Below are positions 47,275 to 49,616 of a stretch of DNA of 49,616 nt, one piece after another. Positions within the stretch are counted from its first letter, which is position 1. Each line of letters begins with the position of its first letter. Location of the stretch: the NCBI GenBank assembly GCA_965649055.1, contig CBFGJG010000011.1:1-49616 (forward strand), in the 5' to 3' direction. Source of the DNA: a candidate division WOR-3 bacterium. GTDB lineage: Bacteria > Hydrothermota > UBA3072 > B12-G15. Both the position numbers and the translations under genes were made by a program. The notes below the pieces were generated by a model. That model saw only the letters and a program-made list of their open reading frames with translations. It ran no database searches and was not told the DNA's origin.

Positions 47275-49389
47275 CTACCTTATTATAAAAAACTTTTTAG
47301 ACACTTTTATTCCACCATCTATATACACATTGAAAAAATATATTCCATTAGGTTTATTTGCTGTCGTAAATTCAATTATTCTTAAGCCTTTGTATCTCCC
47401 ATCATAGATATTTTCTATCTTCCTTCCTACTATGTCAAATACTGAAACATTTAAGTGTGATTCTTCTGGAAGATAAATCTTTAATAATATCTTATCACCT
47501 CTTATCTCAGGCTCTGAAATATTTAGAACATCAATCTCTTCTCCCTTATCACCAACATAATCTGCCCCAAGCCAGTTAAGATATAAATCATTTAAAGAAT
47601 CTGATGCTATATTATCCCAAAAATAAAGTGAATGAATTGGGGATTGTATCCAGTCTGAATTGAATATCTGGAATATAACCTTCCCTGCACCCTTCTTCCC
47701 TGCATTATCCCTTCTTATTGATAAAACACTGTCATTTCTTTTCATATCCGGGTACGCATCTATAAATGAATCAATATACCCTGCCCATTCATTAGAACTC
47801 TTTCCAGAAACAGCACCATGTAAAATTGTCCCAGGAATTTGATATGAAACACCATTGAAGAGCTCTCCCAAAATAGAATCTGATGCTTCTCCTGATACAA
47901 AAAATGAATCCTTCTTAAATGTTCCATCATCTGTCCCTTTTGTTATCCCAATATATTCCTTCAAAAATCCTTCATCTATTGTATGTGAACCATAATCAGA
48001 AAATATTGAGCAGGAAACACCAAAGAATCCATCCTGGTCAGAAAGCCAAAAACCACCACCATTATCAAGCAATCTCTTTATATAAACGGTATCCCCTTCC
48101 CTTATTATACCTGAACCATAATTGTTATATGAAAGTTCTATCTCACCAAAACCCTTCCATACAACAATATTCTTTCCTCCTCCATTTATATAAAAATCAA
48201 ATACAGATGAATCAGGTGCTCCACCTTCTCTTGATATATCCCATACATCAAGATTATAATTCTTCTCAATGTACTCCGAAAATATTGCAGTCTTATTCCC
48301 TTTAACATAAAGTCCATTACCTGATTTCCCTTTTTTTATAATATAAGAAATATATTCAGTTGACTTAGGATGGTCTCTATTCCATGCCTCCAATCTATAA
48401 GTAACTGTATCATATACATTCACACCAGGTAGCATCCCTTTCCATACACTCTCTATCGTATCCCCATATTCAAATGTCATCTGAACCTTATTTGTGGGAC
48501 CTTTGTTTACAAAATAATATATAAATGCAGAATCAATGCCAAAAGGTGAACCAAGGTCCTGAACATATAGATAAACCTTTCTCGGACCAATCGTATATGA
48601 ATTTGGTAATTTATCAGGCAAGAGAATCATTGTTGTATCAGGAATCTGATTCCAAAAAACATAGGCGGTTATCTTAAATTCCAATTTGTAATTATCTGTT
48701 GTAAAATAATATGAATACCATTTCCCCCATGAGTGTCTGTATCTATAAGAATGGGAATATTTGCCTAATACATTACCATACTCATAACCAAACATCTCAT
48801 CTGTTGATATTATTGCCATATTGTTCACACCATTTACATATCCACATAAAAATTCTCTTTTTGGTGGTATTTTAACATTTGCATATATTGTATCCCAAAC
48901 AAAATTAGGTCTTCCATAACTTACAAATGTCTTTAATATTGTATCAATCGGTGAAATAAAGGGTGCGGATGAAGCCTCCTCATAACCTGGAAATGTATCC
49001 CAATCAATATCATTCCTTGCAAGAGCAACAAATGGATAATAGATAGAATCAATACATCCTGTTGTTGTGTTGTAGTGTTGAATTATAAATTTATGTAAAG
49101 AACAGGGAACACCTCCGGGAATGGTAAACCTTGTTAATTGTGTGTCTTCAACAGGTCTTGGCATGTAATAACCTATTTGAATATTATAATGATAATACAA
49201 TGAATCATAACCAAAAACCCATTTTATATCATTCTTTTTATTCACAGGAACATATTTTATTATACTCTTCCTTCCAACTATCTCTATTCTCTTTCCTTCA
49301 TTCCCAGGTTCTAACTTAAACAAAAGTCTTTCTGAAAATAAATCTATAACCATAAAAAACAACATTACAAGAAACATTCTTCTTATCAT
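47275..49389 (-). CDS. Secreted hypothetical protein with a T9SS-type CTD
   Basis: AGGAGG Shine-Dalgarno, signal peptide, Ig-like segment, LLDNGGGFWLSDQD (GATase-like module by inference), and CTD VFDIVGRKI..NGIYF..KK. Confidence 0.72.
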   Translation of the reverse strand: MIRRMFLVMLFFMVIDLFSERLLFKLEPGNEGKRIEIVGRKSIIKYVPVNKKNDIKWVFGYDSLYYHYNIQIGYYMPRPVEDTQLTRFTIPGGVPCSLHKFIIQHYNTTTGCIDSIYYPFVALARNDIDWDTFPGYEEASSAPFISPIDTILKTFVSYGRPNFVWDTIYANVKIPPKREFLCGYVNGVNNMAIISTDEMFGYEYGNVLGKYSHSYRYRHSWGKWYSYYFTTDNYKLEFKITAYVFWNQIPDTTMILLPDKLPNSYTIGPRKVYLYVQDLGSPFGIDSAFIYYFVNKGPTNKVQMTFEYGDTIESVWKGMLPGVNVYDTVTYRLEAWNRDHPKSTEYISYIIKKGKSGNGLYVKGNKTAIFSEYIEKNYNLDVWDISREGGAPDSSVFDFYINGGGKNIVVWKGFGEIELSYNNYGSGIIREGDTVYIKRLLDNGGGFWLSDQDGFFGVSCSIFSDYGSHTIDEGFLKEYIGITKGTDDGTFKKDSFFVSGEASDSILGELFNGVSYQIPGTILHGAVSGKSSNEWAGYIDSFIDAYPDMKRNDSVLSIRRDNAGKKGAGKVIFQIFNSDWIQSPIHSLYFWDNIASDSLNDLYLNWLGADYVGDKGEEIDVLNISEPEIRGDKILLKIYLPEESHLNVSVFDIVGRKIENIYDGRYKGLRIIEFTTANKPNGIYFFNVYIDGGIKVSKKFFIIR

Positions 49390-49461
49390 AAAGACCTCCT
49401 ATTATAATTTTATAAAATTTATTGTTCTGTCAATAGAAAGGAAATTTTTTCTTGCCTAAAT

Positions 49462-49616
49462 TTACCTTATATTCAAAACCTTCCCTTTAAAATTCGTTCC
49501 TTCAATATTCACATTATAAAAATATATCCCGTTGGGCAATCCTGAAAGATTTATCCTATTTCCTCCTTTCATCATCTTGTTCTCAATTGGAACAGATACA
49601 CATCTCCCTGTTATGT
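49462..49616 (-). CDS. 3' end of another T9SS-CTD protein (truncated by the window edge, not in the ORF track)
   Basis: Hand translation gives ITGRCVSVPIENKMMKGGNRINLSGLPNGIYFYNVNIEGTNFKGKVLNIR-stop. Confidence 0.8.
   Translation of the reverse strand, partial: ITGRCVSVPIENKMMKGGNRINLSGLPNGIYFYNVNIEGTNFKGKVLNIR

Overview
AT-rich bacterial chromosomal window with no rRNA, tRNA or CRISPR array seen. Many secreted proteins end in T9SS-type C-terminal sorting domains, which suggests an FCB-affiliated anaerobe such as WOR-3 (inference). From left to right: (1) a defence operon of radC, a UvrD helicase-nuclease, type III mod, a DCD-like domain fused to an AAA+ ATPase, and type III res; (2) a 700-bp intergenic patch of covarying REP-like hairpins and short GGTGTCAG/GGGGTCAG 'end' motifs; (3) envelope and secreted proteins (beta-helix lipoprotein, patatin, M14 carboxypeptidase, PKD/PQQ lipoprotein, an Omp28-TlpA-Omp28-barrel operon, a 1838-aa beta-rich CUB protein); (4) a GAF-GGDEF gene with a lipS2-lipT-lipS1 lipoate-assembly cluster; (5) GNAT-wzx-radical SAM; (6) an HdrA split by an inserted NuoE/NuoF/NuoG-N module. 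The strongest candidates for novelty are a dispersed family of nine end motifs sitting at gene 3' ends and module boundaries, the DCD-AAA gene inside the restriction-modification operon, and the split HdrA/NuoEFG complex. A window-wide promoter geometry with a 16-bp spacer and several leaderless genes is also visible.
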